From assembly GCA_002729175.1 (NCBI GenBank), contig PBTS01000061.1, forward strand, positions 13,171 through 31,564: 18,394 bases of DNA. The letters are read 5' to 3'. The stretch's first letter is position 1; each line of letters begins with the position of its first letter. Positions 8,666-18,226 of this stretch are shown here, one piece after another. The DNA comes from Fidelibacterota bacterium. GTDB lineage: Bacteria; Fidelibacterota; Marinisomatia; Marinisomatales; S15-B10. The notes under the pieces are model-generated. The model saw nothing but the letters and a program-made list of their open reading frames with translations, made no database searches and had not been told where the DNA came from. The position numbers were made by a program, and so were the translations under genes.

Positions 8666-10105
8666 TCAGTTCCTGTAGTCGAGGGGCGGTTTCCTCTCCC
8701 CCAACAGCGCATAATAGTTGAAGTTGGGCCCACGGCGTTGAATCAATTCTTCTTTTGCCTTTTTTATGGTTTCCGGAGATTCAAAGATGTCGACCGCTGA
8801 AAGAGCCAAAGTTTTCGCCGCCACCATTAATCCTTTGAAACCAATACTCATTCCTCCGACTGCCACTGCCTGCCATGTATGGGCTGATGTTCCGGGAACC
8901 CAAGTAGCTGCACTCAGACCAGCAGTGGGAACCATCCAACTCACATCACCCACATCGGTAGAACCACCGGGTGGGCGAAATTTCCAAGGTTGAATCTCAG
9001 CTGCGGACTCAATAGGAACGTCAACCCTTTTGAAGGTCGTCTTAATTGATTCAGCAAACTTCTTCTCTTCCCGATTGTATTTCACACCACCAACCTCTTG
9101 CAGATTATTATAGACCACTTTCTGAAGTACATCGTTTCTCAGGACCGGTCTGTTACCATGAATGATCTCAAAATCCATTGTAGTGCCAGTTCCCGTGGCG
9201 GCTCCCTCCGCAATCCTAACAACTCTGTCCCAAAGATCCTCCAGAACCTCCACCTCTGGATGACGTACATAGTAGAATGCTTCAGCAAAGTCCGGTACAA
9301 CATTGGGTGCCCCACCGCCGTGGGTGATGACATAATGAATCCTGGTTTCTTGGGGAACATGCTCCCGCATCAGGTTCACCATGTAATTCATTGCTTCAAT
9401 ACCATCAAGAGCCGAGCGACCTCTGTGAGGTGAACCTGCAGCGTGCGATGAGTATCCAGTGAATCGGAACTTGGCCGATCTGTTCGCCAGAGAAGTAGAC
9501 GGCCCAGCATCATTTTTGTCAGAAGCGTGCCAGTGGAGTACAACATCCACATCATCAAAAAGCCCGGCTCGGACCATATATACTTTGCCTGATCCACCCT
9601 CTTCAGCAGGGGTACCGTAGAGCCGCAATGTTCCCTTTGCTCCAGATGATTTTATCCAATCTTTCACAGCAATGGCTGCAGCTGTTGAAGCGGTACCAAA
9701 AAGATGGTGGCCACAGCCGTGCCCAGCACCCCCTTCCACTCGAGGATTTCGTTCACTAGTTATCTCCTGCGACAGCCCGGGTAAAGCGTCGAACTCGGCC
9801 AAAATCCCTATAACTGGCCTGCCCGAGCCGTAACTTGCAACAAAAGCGGTTGGTATCTCAGCAACTCCCGCTTCAATGGAAAACCCTTCATTCTCTAAAG
9901 TATTTTGCAAAAGCTCAGAACTTTTGTACTCCTGATAACCCACTTCAGCCCATGTCCATATCTGCTTGGCAATTTTTTCATATGTCTCAGCCTGTTTCAC
10001 AATCGATTTGACAACATCACTTTTCTTTGTTTTTCCATATGTATTAGATGGCAACAGAAGAAATACAGAAACTAATACGATAATACCGTATGGATACTTT
10101 TTCAT
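8666..10105 (-). CDS. M20 amidohydrolase, AbgB-like (p-aminobenzoyl-glutamate hydrolase B family), with Sec signal peptide
   Basis: AEVGYQE, PTAFVASYGSG, EFDALPGLSQ, GHGCGHH, GTPAEEGGSGK, HWH, GSTDVGDVSW and HTWQ. SD AAGGAG. Confidence 0.92.
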   Translation of the reverse strand: MKKYPYGIIVLVSVFLLLPSNTYGKTKKSDVVKSIVKQAETYEKIAKQIWTWAEVGYQEYKSSELLQNTLENEGFSIEAGVAEIPTAFVASYGSGRPVIGILAEFDALPGLSQEITSERNPRVEGGAGHGCGHHLFGTASTAAAIAVKDWIKSSGAKGTLRLYGTPAEEGGSGKVYMVRAGLFDDVDVVLHWHASDKNDAGPSTSLANRSAKFRFTGYSSHAAGSPHRGRSALDGIEAMNYMVNLMREHVPQETRIHYVITHGGGAPNVVPDFAEAFYYVRHPEVEVLEDLWDRVVRIAEGAATGTGTTMDFEIIHGNRPVLRNDVLQKVVYNNLQEVGGVKYNREEKKFAESIKTTFKRVDVPIESAAEIQPWKFRPPGGSTDVGDVSWMVPTAGLSAATWVPGTSAHTWQAVAVGGMSIGFKGLMVAAKTLALSAVDIFESPETIKKAKEELIQRRGPNFNYYALLGERKPPLDYRN

Positions 10106-10200
10106 GGCTACATCTCCTTTAAAGGGATAAAACCCGTACTGTCTAATAAATAGTAAGGAAAAAGTAACTGATGCAAAATTTTATGGCAAGCTGTTCTCAA

Positions 10201-11526
10201 TTATGAAAGCTGATGATCCAAAGTCAGAAGTGACTGGAGTAAAACATTTGCACCTGCTTCAATGTCTTTAGATCGAGATTTTTCCTTAGGGGAGTGGCTT
10301 ATCCCACCGATACTTGGAATGAATATCATTCCCACCGGTGCCAGTTGAGCAATGCTCTGCGCGTCATGACCAGCACCACTGGGCATGCGGGTATAGCTGA
10401 AACCCAGCTTCTCTGTTTCCTCTTCAATCACCTTTCGAAATAAATCATCCGTAAGAGCCGCCTTACTAAGGTAGAATTGATCAAATGAAAATTGAGTGCC
10501 AGTTTCTTCACCAATCAGCTTACTCTCTTTCACCAAGACCTTGAAAAGGTTGTCTATTTTTGCCATATCCAGATCGCGAATTTCAAGAGTTAAAGATGTA
10601 CGACCTGGAATAACATTTGGTACTCCCGGTTCAGGAGTTATCTTGCCAACTGTTGCCACCTGACGGCCAGACATATTTTTTGCTATTCGATGCACAGCTT
10701 GTATGAACTGCGCCGCCGCCACAAGAGAATCTCTTCTTTCAGTCATGGGTGTTGTGCCTGCATGATTAGTAAAACCCTTAACAGTAACGCTCCACCGCTT
10801 GATACCAACAATTCCTTCTACAACACCGATGGTTAATTCCTCTCTTTCAAGTATACCCCCCTGCTCTATGTGAAGCTCAAGAAAACCGGCAATGCTCCCT
10901 TTCAACCTTTTAACTTTGGTCAACTTATCTGGATCGCCGCTATTGGCCCTTAAGCCTTCACCAATGGTAAAGCCACTAGCTGTCATAATATCTAACTCAG
11001 ATGTTTCTATCTCACCGGCCATCGCACGACTCCCGGTTTTTCCACCTTCCTCATTGGAAAAAATCACGAATTCAAGAGGGTGACGAGTAATCTGATTATC
11101 TTCATGGAGAATTTGTGCTACTTCAACAGCCGCCGCTGAACCAACCTGCCCGTCATAATTGCCCCCGCTTGGCACCGAATCGATATGTGAACCGAGCATA
11201 ATCGGTTTAGCATCTGCATTATTTCCTTTTCGTCGACCGATTATATTGGCGGCTGCATCAATTTTTACATCCAATCCGGCATTTTTCATCAACCCTATGA
11301 CGTATTGTCGGGCATTTCTGTCCGCTTCACTGAAAGAAACCCGATCAATGCCGCCGTGATCATTCCGACCATATTTTGCCAGTTCAAGGAGTATTTTATT
11401 AAGGCGGGCGCCGTCCACGAGTAACGGTTTAGGATTTGAGCTGTCGGAGAAAAGACTTGTTCCCATTAATAACGGGATTCCAGTTATAGCTACAGAAAAG
11501 AAATTGGTGAATTCCCGCCTATTCAT
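10201..11526 (-). CDS. M20 Zn-dependent hydrolase, N-carbamoyl-L-amino-acid / allantoate amidohydrolase family, with Tat signal
   Basis: GSHIDSVPSGGNYDG, NEEG, ELHIEQG, NHAGTTPM, SGAGHDAQ and GISHSPKE. N-terminal NRREF twin-arginine motif. Confidence 0.92.
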   Translation of the reverse strand: MNRREFTNFFSVAITGIPLLMGTSLFSDSSNPKPLLVDGARLNKILLELAKYGRNDHGGIDRVSFSEADRNARQYVIGLMKNAGLDVKIDAAANIIGRRKGNNADAKPIMLGSHIDSVPSGGNYDGQVGSAAAVEVAQILHEDNQITRHPLEFVIFSNEEGGKTGSRAMAGEIETSELDIMTASGFTIGEGLRANSGDPDKLTKVKRLKGSIAGFLELHIEQGGILEREELTIGVVEGIVGIKRWSVTVKGFTNHAGTTPMTERRDSLVAAAQFIQAVHRIAKNMSGRQVATVGKITPEPGVPNVIPGRTSLTLEIRDLDMAKIDNLFKVLVKESKLIGEETGTQFSFDQFYLSKAALTDDLFRKVIEEETEKLGFSYTRMPSGAGHDAQSIAQLAPVGMIFIPSIGGISHSPKEKSRSKDIEAGANVLLQSLLTLDHQLS

Positions 11527-11603
11527 GAGTCTAAGTTGATCAGCGAAGTAAAATGTTCCCAGTTTTTATTTATGGTATAATTATAAAGAAGGAGAAGCAG
11601 AAG

Positions 11604-12053
11604 TCAGTTCACAGAAATTGGCATCTTTCTACATTGCTTACATAGGCCGAACAGTTGATGGACATGCCTCACAAGCTGATAGTTAAACTTTTCCGCAACA
11701 TCTTTTTGAATCTCCTCAATTTGAGTATTTGTAAATTCAACTATGGTACCACACCGAATACAAATAAGATGATCATGGTGATGACAATTAAGCCAGTGTT
11801 CATAACGCCATTTCCCGTCTCCAATATCCATCCGCTCCACCAGATCATATTTATACAAAATATCCATAGTCCTGTAGACCGTAGAACGGGAAACATTTAA
11901 ATCCTTTTTCCGTAGTGCCAGATAAATCTCCTCAGCCTCGCGGTGTTCCTCTGAATTACACACTTCTCTGAAAACCTCCACACGTTGCGGGGTCAGCTTC
12001 AGGTTCTCGTCCTTTAGAACTTTCTTAAATTTCTTCAGCTCTAAATCAGTCAT
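11604..12053 (-). CDS. fur: Fur-family transcriptional repressor
   Basis: LKLTPQR, H..AEEIY, VSRSTVYRTM, HHHDHLICIRCG, EF, HQLFGLCKQC. Confidence 0.93.
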   Translation of the reverse strand: MTDLELKKFKKVLKDENLKLTPQRVEVFREVCNSEEHREAEEIYLALRKKDLNVSRSTVYRTMDILYKYDLVERMDIGDGKWRYEHWLNCHHHDHLICIRCGTIVEFTNTQIEEIQKDVAEKFNYQLVRHVHQLFGLCKQCRKMPISVN

Positions 12054-12064
12054 AATTGTCTCAT

Positions 12065-12081
12065 TTGAGATTCAATCTCAA
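12065..12081. promoter_or_regulatory. Fur-box-like perfect 8-1-8 palindrome (autoregulatory operator)
   Basis: TTGAGATT-C-AATCTCAA, 11 nt upstream of the fur ATG. It overlaps the predicted +1 of a minus-strand promoter, TTGCTC (12114-12109)-N17-TAAGTT (12091-12086). Confidence 0.75.
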
Positions 12082-12123
12082 TAAGAACTTACGGGGTATG
12101 GTTGTGAGGAGCAACTGTACCGT

Positions 12124-14295
12124 TCAGGCGAGCAGCTTCAGGTTGGCATATTTGCCAATAAGTTTTTTCTGGATGTTGCCCTGAAAGACTACAGTGATCT
12201 TCTGGTTATCACCGGCACCGTCCACAGCAAGGATCATCCCTTTACCAAAGATAGAATGTTTCACTTTATCACCCCGTTCGAATTCGTTAAATGAAGTGAT
12301 AGTTCGTACATGTTTGAGTTTGTATTTGTTCGAACTTTTATCCTTCACAAGACGTCTGGTGAGAGCGGAGTGAAAATTTATGCGATCCAGGTACTCTTCA
12401 GGTATTTCTTGAAGAAAACGTGAGGCCATACCAAGACCGGCAGCACCGCTGGATCGGCGGCGGTTGGGTGCATAGTGGAGATAAGCCTTCTCCATGGCTC
12501 TTGTTAAACCAACGTAAAACAGACGGCGCTCTTCCTCAAGCTCTCGAGGATCTTCAAGTGCACGGAAAATAGGGAATAGTCCATCCTCAAGACCGGTGAT
12601 AAAGACGACGGGAAACTCCAGACCCTTGGCGCTGTGTAGCGTCATGAGTGTTATATGATTTGTGCTATCATTCCACGTGTCGATATTTGTCAGCAGTGAC
12701 ACCTCTTCAAGAAATTCCCGGATAGAAGCATTCTTATCCCGCTTGCAAAACTGATGGATACTATTCAACAGTTCCTGAATATTTTGCAGCCTCTCGGTAG
12801 AGTCATCAGTTCCTTGCTCCTTGTAATAATTAACCAAGCCCAGTTCATCCACAAGTACGGAGGCAAGTTCAGATGCATCCAGTTTATCTTTTAATTCTCG
12901 ATACTTCTGAACCAGCTGGTAAAACTCAACCAGTCCGGCAGCCTGTTTACCTTTCAGCTTCATGACGTCCGGCGTTTCCAGAACATCAAGAAGTGGAATG
13001 CCCTTCTTAGCCGCCAATGTTTCACATTTCTCAACAGTCTTAGCACCAATACCACGGGGAGGAAAATTGATAATTCTCTTAAGACTTACAGAATCAACTG
13101 GATTAACAAGAATTCTGAGGTAGGCAAGCAGGTCCTTTACCTCTTTTCTTTCGTAAAACTTTATACCGCCGACAATATTGTAGGCTATGCCCTTTCGCCT
13201 CAGACCGTCTTCCAGTGCCCTGCTCTGAACATTGGTCCTGTAAAGGATCACGAAATCCTGAAAAGTTCTTTTATTCTGCTGTATTTCTTTCTGGATCAGC
13301 TCCAAGACACCGTCCGTTTCTTCCATTTCATCATAGGTTTCCATAATACCTATTTTTTCACCTTCACCTTGATCTGTCCAAAGCTCTTTTTTTGCACGAT
13401 ACTCATTGTTCTTCACAACGGCTCCGGCAACAGAAAGGATATTCGCAGTGGAGCGGTAATTCTGTTCCAGTTTGAAGACTTCGCAATCGGGAAAAGCCTT
13501 TTCAAATTCCAAGATGTTGGAAATGTCAGCCCCGCGCCAGCCATAAATAGATTGATCATCGTCACCCACGACAGAAATCTTATTATGTGTATCAGAAAGA
13601 GATTTCACAAAGAGAAATTGAGGCCGGTTAGTATCCTGGTATTCATCTACCAGAACATACTTGAACTTCTCCTGATATTTTTTCAGCACCTTCGGATGTT
13701 TTTTAAAAATTTCCAGCGGATACAGGAGCAAATCACCAAAGTCGACAGCATTATTTTTCTTCAAAGCTTCCTTGTAAACGGGGTAAAGTTCCGCCACGGA
13801 TTTATCGAACGGCGAAACACCATTTTTCATCAGTTGTGAAGGATCTTCCATACTACTTTTAATAAAACTCATTCTAGAACGGTAAGCAGCTGGCGAAATA
13901 CCGTTTGTCGTCAGTTTCAGGTTTAACATTAACGTTTTGATTAGTTGATCCTGATCCGCAGTGTCATAAATGGCAAAATCCGGGGTAAAACCAAGGGGTG
14001 CAATTTCATACCTCAGGAGACGAGCACAGATGGAATGGAATGTACCAATGTTCAGTGACATCGATTTCTTTCCAAGCAGAGACTGGATCCTGGTTCTCAT
14101 TTCCTCAGCTGCTTTGTTTGTAAACGTTACCGCCAGGATCTCATCAGGATTATACCCCTTTTCGGTGATGAGATAAGCAATCTTTTGGGTAAGAACTCGC
14201 GTTTTACCTGTACCGGCGCCTGCAAAGATCAATATTGGCTTGTCAATGGCCTCAACGGCCTGTTTCTGAACATCATTGAGATTCAACTTACTCAT
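12124..14295 (-). CDS. pcrA: ATP-dependent DNA helicase PcrA/UvrD
   Basis: AGAGTGKT, TFTNKAA, DEYQDTN, VGDDDQSIYGWRGA, LEQNYRS, TLHSAKGLEF, EERRLFYVGLTRA, and a C-terminal Tudor-like domain (GDKVKHSIFGKG). Confidence 0.96.
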   Translation of the reverse strand: MSKLNLNDVQKQAVEAIDKPILIFAGAGTGKTRVLTQKIAYLITEKGYNPDEILAVTFTNKAAEEMRTRIQSLLGKKSMSLNIGTFHSICARLLRYEIAPLGFTPDFAIYDTADQDQLIKTLMLNLKLTTNGISPAAYRSRMSFIKSSMEDPSQLMKNGVSPFDKSVAELYPVYKEALKKNNAVDFGDLLLYPLEIFKKHPKVLKKYQEKFKYVLVDEYQDTNRPQFLFVKSLSDTHNKISVVGDDDQSIYGWRGADISNILEFEKAFPDCEVFKLEQNYRSTANILSVAGAVVKNNEYRAKKELWTDQGEGEKIGIMETYDEMEETDGVLELIQKEIQQNKRTFQDFVILYRTNVQSRALEDGLRRKGIAYNIVGGIKFYERKEVKDLLAYLRILVNPVDSVSLKRIINFPPRGIGAKTVEKCETLAAKKGIPLLDVLETPDVMKLKGKQAAGLVEFYQLVQKYRELKDKLDASELASVLVDELGLVNYYKEQGTDDSTERLQNIQELLNSIHQFCKRDKNASIREFLEEVSLLTNIDTWNDSTNHITLMTLHSAKGLEFPVVFITGLEDGLFPIFRALEDPRELEEERRLFYVGLTRAMEKAYLHYAPNRRRSSGAAGLGMASRFLQEIPEEYLDRINFHSALTRRLVKDKSSNKYKLKHVRTITSFNEFERGDKVKHSIFGKGMILAVDGAGDNQKITVVFQGNIQKKLIGKYANLKLLA

Positions 14296-14299
14296 TCAA

Positions 14300-15358
14300 T
14301 CAACCTTGCTTATTCTCTGTTTTCGTACGTTTTTTATTTCTCATTTGGCGTCTGAGGCGTTGAAATTTCTTTTTAGCAACATTGTGTTCCGTTTCGGTTC
14401 TACTGAATGTGTGGTATCCTTCGCCGTTAGCCACAAAGAACAGATAATCGGCATCAGCCGGTGAAAGTGCTGAAATGAGTGATTCCCGCCCAGGGCTATT
14501 GATGGGGCCAGGTGGAAGACCGTAGTGGAGATAAGTATTATAGGGTGATTTAATTTTCAAGTCATTTTTCAACAGGCGGCGGGGACCATCCTCAATAATG
14601 TACTGGATGGTAGGATCAGCCTGAAGACGCATCTCTTTAACGAGACGATTGTGATATACTGAACTAATCAGTGACCGTTCGCTGTCATATATGGCTTCCC
14701 CCTCAATAATAGATGCTAGTGTCACCATTTCCAATTCTGTCAAACCACGGATCTGAAGTCGACTCTTCAACATTCCATCTAGAAGCTTCTGATATTCGGT
14801 CACCATGGTTTGTATAACTCGTTCAGGTGTCTCTCCCTTATAAAAATGGTAAGTGTCCGGGAAAAGAAAACCTTCAAGGGAAAAAGCTTCAATATTGAGA
14901 GACTCAATGAATTTGGGATCCTCGCACAAAGCCAAAAAAACGTCCGCATCTATGTTCAGCTTTTCCTGATAAATCTCTGCAATTTGTTCTCTGCGTAATC
15001 CCTCTGGAATAGTGATTTTGTGTAGGACAGGGGTTCCTTCCACCAATTGTCTAACTATACGGTAATTCGACCTGAGATCAGTCAGTGAAAAAACACCAGC
15101 TCGAATAGTGGTTTCGTGCCCCATAATCCTTGTTGCCATAACGAAGGTTTCTGAATCAGTGATAACATTCTTTTTTTTGAGATCATCGCCAATCTCTTTA
15201 AGGGATGCTCCTTTCTCCACTTTTATTACGACAGGCGTTTCTGCTTCGGGAATAGGCCAGAAGACCAGCAGAGAATAGAGGGCCACCCCGGAGAGAACCA
15301 AGATTGAGAGTATGAATCCCGCTACGCGACCGGGTTTGGAACTGTTTAAGTAAACCAT
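14300..15358 (-). CDS. mltG: Endolytic transglycosylase MltG (YceG family)
   Basis: N-terminal TM helix, ITIPEG, LEGFLFPDTY, LASIIEGE, RLQADPT, SPYNTY, GLPPGPINSPG and YLFFVA. The ATG at 15358 is preferred over the GTG at 15400. Confidence 0.95.
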   Translation of the reverse strand: MVYLNSSKPGRVAGFILSILVLSGVALYSLLVFWPIPEAETPVVIKVEKGASLKEIGDDLKKKNVITDSETFVMATRIMGHETTIRAGVFSLTDLRSNYRIVRQLVEGTPVLHKITIPEGLRREQIAEIYQEKLNIDADVFLALCEDPKFIESLNIEAFSLEGFLFPDTYHFYKGETPERVIQTMVTEYQKLLDGMLKSRLQIRGLTELEMVTLASIIEGEAIYDSERSLISSVYHNRLVKEMRLQADPTIQYIIEDGPRRLLKNDLKIKSPYNTYLHYGLPPGPINSPGRESLISALSPADADYLFFVANGEGYHTFSRTETEHNVAKKKFQRLRRQMRNKKRTKTENKQG

Positions 15359-15446
15359 AAAATTCGGGCGCAAATTTAATCCTTTCACAAAGCACACCAC
15401 AATGGTTTTTCATAAGGAAAAGAAGGGAAAATAGAATTGATTACGG

Positions 15447-15734
15447 ATGAAGGTCGGTCGTATATTTTCCCCCGCTGTGGCGAAACAAAATGGGAAATCT
15501 GAAATCCATCTTTTTGAAGGGTGGGCTTTAGGAAAAAAGAATTATCTGTTCTTTGGCATTGGTCTGGCGACGATTATAGCCGGTTATATCGTGATGGCGA
15601 CCGGAGATGTAAACAGCTTTCAGTCCCTGACCTTGGCACCGATCATGCTTTTCGTCGGTTATCTGGTGATTATACCCCTTGCCCTTGTTTTCAGGGACAA
15701 TGATAGAAAATCACCATCAGCGCCTGAAAATTGA
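15447..15734 (+). CDS. Small two-TM membrane protein (DUF3098-like)
   Basis: KKNYLFFGIGLATIIAGYIVMA...SLTLAPIMLFVGYLVIIPLAL resembles DUF3098 proteins. The true start may be the GTG at 15477. Confidence 0.7.
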   Translation: MKVGRIFSPAVAKQNGKSEIHLFEGWALGKKNYLFFGIGLATIIAGYIVMATGDVNSFQSLTLAPIMLFVGYLVIIPLALVFRDNDRKSPSAPEN

Positions 15735-15740
15735 TTTTTT

Positions 15741-17085
<1,345 letters not shown>

Positions 17086-17089
17086 TTTT

Positions 17090-17275
17090 CTATGTAGTGC
17101 TTCTGTCTTCTTGCTTTAGGTGGCCTTCCTTTACCAAAAAATCTTCCACCAATTTCAGGATCTGCCGGTTCAAAGACCTGTACTCTTGTTTGGATACCTT
17201 TTTCAACAACTTCCATATCCTTACCGGAAACCGAGTTGACACAATCCTAGTTGGCTCTTTTCTAGGCCTGCCCAT
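17090..17275 (-). CDS. Arc-family ribbon-helix-helix DNA-binding protein
   Basis: IVSTRFPVRIWKLLKKVSKQEYRSLNRQILKLVEDFL closely parallels P22 Arc (FNLRWPREVLDLVRKVAEENGRSVNSEI). Its stop lies 4 nt before the integrase ATG. Confidence 0.88.
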   Translation of the reverse strand: MGRPRKEPTRIVSTRFPVRIWKLLKKVSKQEYRSLNRQILKLVEDFLVKEGHLKQEDRSTT

Positions 17276-17285
17276 GACCCTTTAA

Positions 17286-17304
17286 TGTAATACATATAAT
17301 TACA
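17286..17304. promoter_or_regulatory. Inverted repeat upstream of the RHH gene, candidate operator
   Basis: TGTAAT-N7-ATTACA in the 33-nt AT-rich gap between the xis-like stop and the RHH start. Confidence 0.45.
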
Positions 17305-17308
17305 ACAA

Positions 17309-17560
17309 TCAACCCTTTCCATTGAGGTATTTGTCCACCATTTCTTCCTTACCAGGAAAATATCTAAGTATTTTACGTACTTCCTTTTCAGGGATCCGAA
17401 CTAGGCGACCCACCTTCATGAAACCAATCCTCCGGTCCCTTATGAGATTCCTAAAGAACTGCTTACTGCAGTCAAACATCTCGGACAAAGAATCCACAGA
17501 ATAAAATCTGTCAAGATAAGATCCACAATACTGACAGTATTTTTGTTTTCTATCTGTCAA
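17309..17560 (-). CDS. Excisionase-like helix-turn-helix protein (HTH_17/Xis family) with N-terminal CxxC
   Basis: FYSVDSLSEMFDCSKQFFRNLIRDRRIGFMKVGRLVRIPEKEV is the Xis/MerR-like winged-helix pattern. SD AAAGGA before the TTG. Sits upstream of the integrase. Confidence 0.85.
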   Translation of the reverse strand: MTDRKQKYCQYCGSYLDRFYSVDSLSEMFDCSKQFFRNLIRDRRIGFMKVGRLVRIPEKEVRKILRYFPGKEEMVDKYLNGKG

Positions 17561-17577
17561 GAATACAATCCTTTAAT

Positions 17578-17635
17578 ACCCAAGCGAACAAGCCAGCACC
17601 CTGTACACTGATGCCGGCTACTATTCACTTTTGGT
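17578..17635 (-). other. Long intergenic RNA stem-loop between the SSB and xis genes
   Basis: On the minus strand AAGTGAATA[GT]AGCCGGCATC pairs with GGTGCTGGCTTGTTCGCTT: 19 bp, a 2-nt bulge, 4 G-U pairs and a 9-nt loop, extendable by ACC/GGT. Confidence 0.7.
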
Positions 17636-17650
17636 GTTTCCAGGTTCCGT

Positions 17651-18205
17651 CTAGAAAGGCAGCTCCGAAACGGAAAATGGATCACCTCCATCATACATCT
17701 GAGTCAGATCGCAGTGCCAGCCATCAAAGGCTTCCTGCAATCCTTCAGGTAGTGACTCTTTAGGCTTGGGAGTCACTGTGTATTCGGTGTTTAGGTCAGT
17801 ACCCTTCCGTACTATCTGGATGGGGTACGACATGACGGGATCGCCCCAGTCTGGATCATCAACCAATCCAGCAATAGCCTTCATGATTGTCTTCTGAGTT
17901 AGTTCAGATAACTGGAACAGAAATTCACCAGTCTTATCATGGTGAGTCTTGTTCCAGACCTTGAAGGCCAGAAACTGCTTGCCCGTTTCTTCTTCAGGAA
18001 CACCGTCTTTTTCCAGGGCACGGTGGGGATGTCGACCTGAGTCGTCCTCCGTCCACCACTGCCATCCAGAAACCGAATTTCCCTCGTCGACTTCATTAGC
18101 CGGCATGATCACGATCACGTGTGTTCCTTCTTCCAGTTTAAGGAAGGAAGAAACCCGTTGATCAAGATCAAAACCCGAGGGTAAGAATCCATTATTATTA
18201 CTCAT
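17651..18205 (-). CDS. Phage single-stranded DNA-binding protein (gp32-like), with SSB-type acidic C-terminal tail
   Basis: 184 aa from the ATG at 18205, with a strong SD AAAGGAG. Motifs FLKLEEG, GWQWW, FLAFKVWN, ELTQKTI, DPDWGDP, YPIQIVRKGTDLNTEYTVTP recall phage gp32-like SSBs. Ends DPFSVSELPF. Confidence 0.7.
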   Translation of the reverse strand: MSNNNGFLPSGFDLDQRVSSFLKLEEGTHVIVIMPANEVDEGNSVSGWQWWTEDDSGRHPHRALEKDGVPEEETGKQFLAFKVWNKTHHDKTGEFLFQLSELTQKTIMKAIAGLVDDPDWGDPVMSYPIQIVRKGTDLNTEYTVTPKPKESLPEGLQEAFDGWHCDLTQMYDGGDPFSVSELPF

Positions 18206-18226
18206 TGAGTAATCTCCTTTTGTTAT

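Noticed and set aside
11576..11585. TATAATTATA palindrome as a PerR/Fur box
   Set aside because: It lacks the central spacer of the 7-1-7 box. More simply it is the -10 of the hydrolase gene (CTGACT-N16-TATAAT on the minus strand) in AT-rich DNA.
13369..13839. 156-aa plus-strand ORF and other short antisense ORFs across the window (e.g. 89-448, 1850-2194, 5861-6217, 9098-9433)
   Set aside because: They are shadow frames opposite well-supported genes and have no recognisable motifs.
12124..14295. UvrD helicase as part of a defence system (e.g. GajB)
   Set aside because: It is a full-length housekeeping PcrA with the Tudor domain, lies in core context between mltG and fur, and has no partner nuclease.
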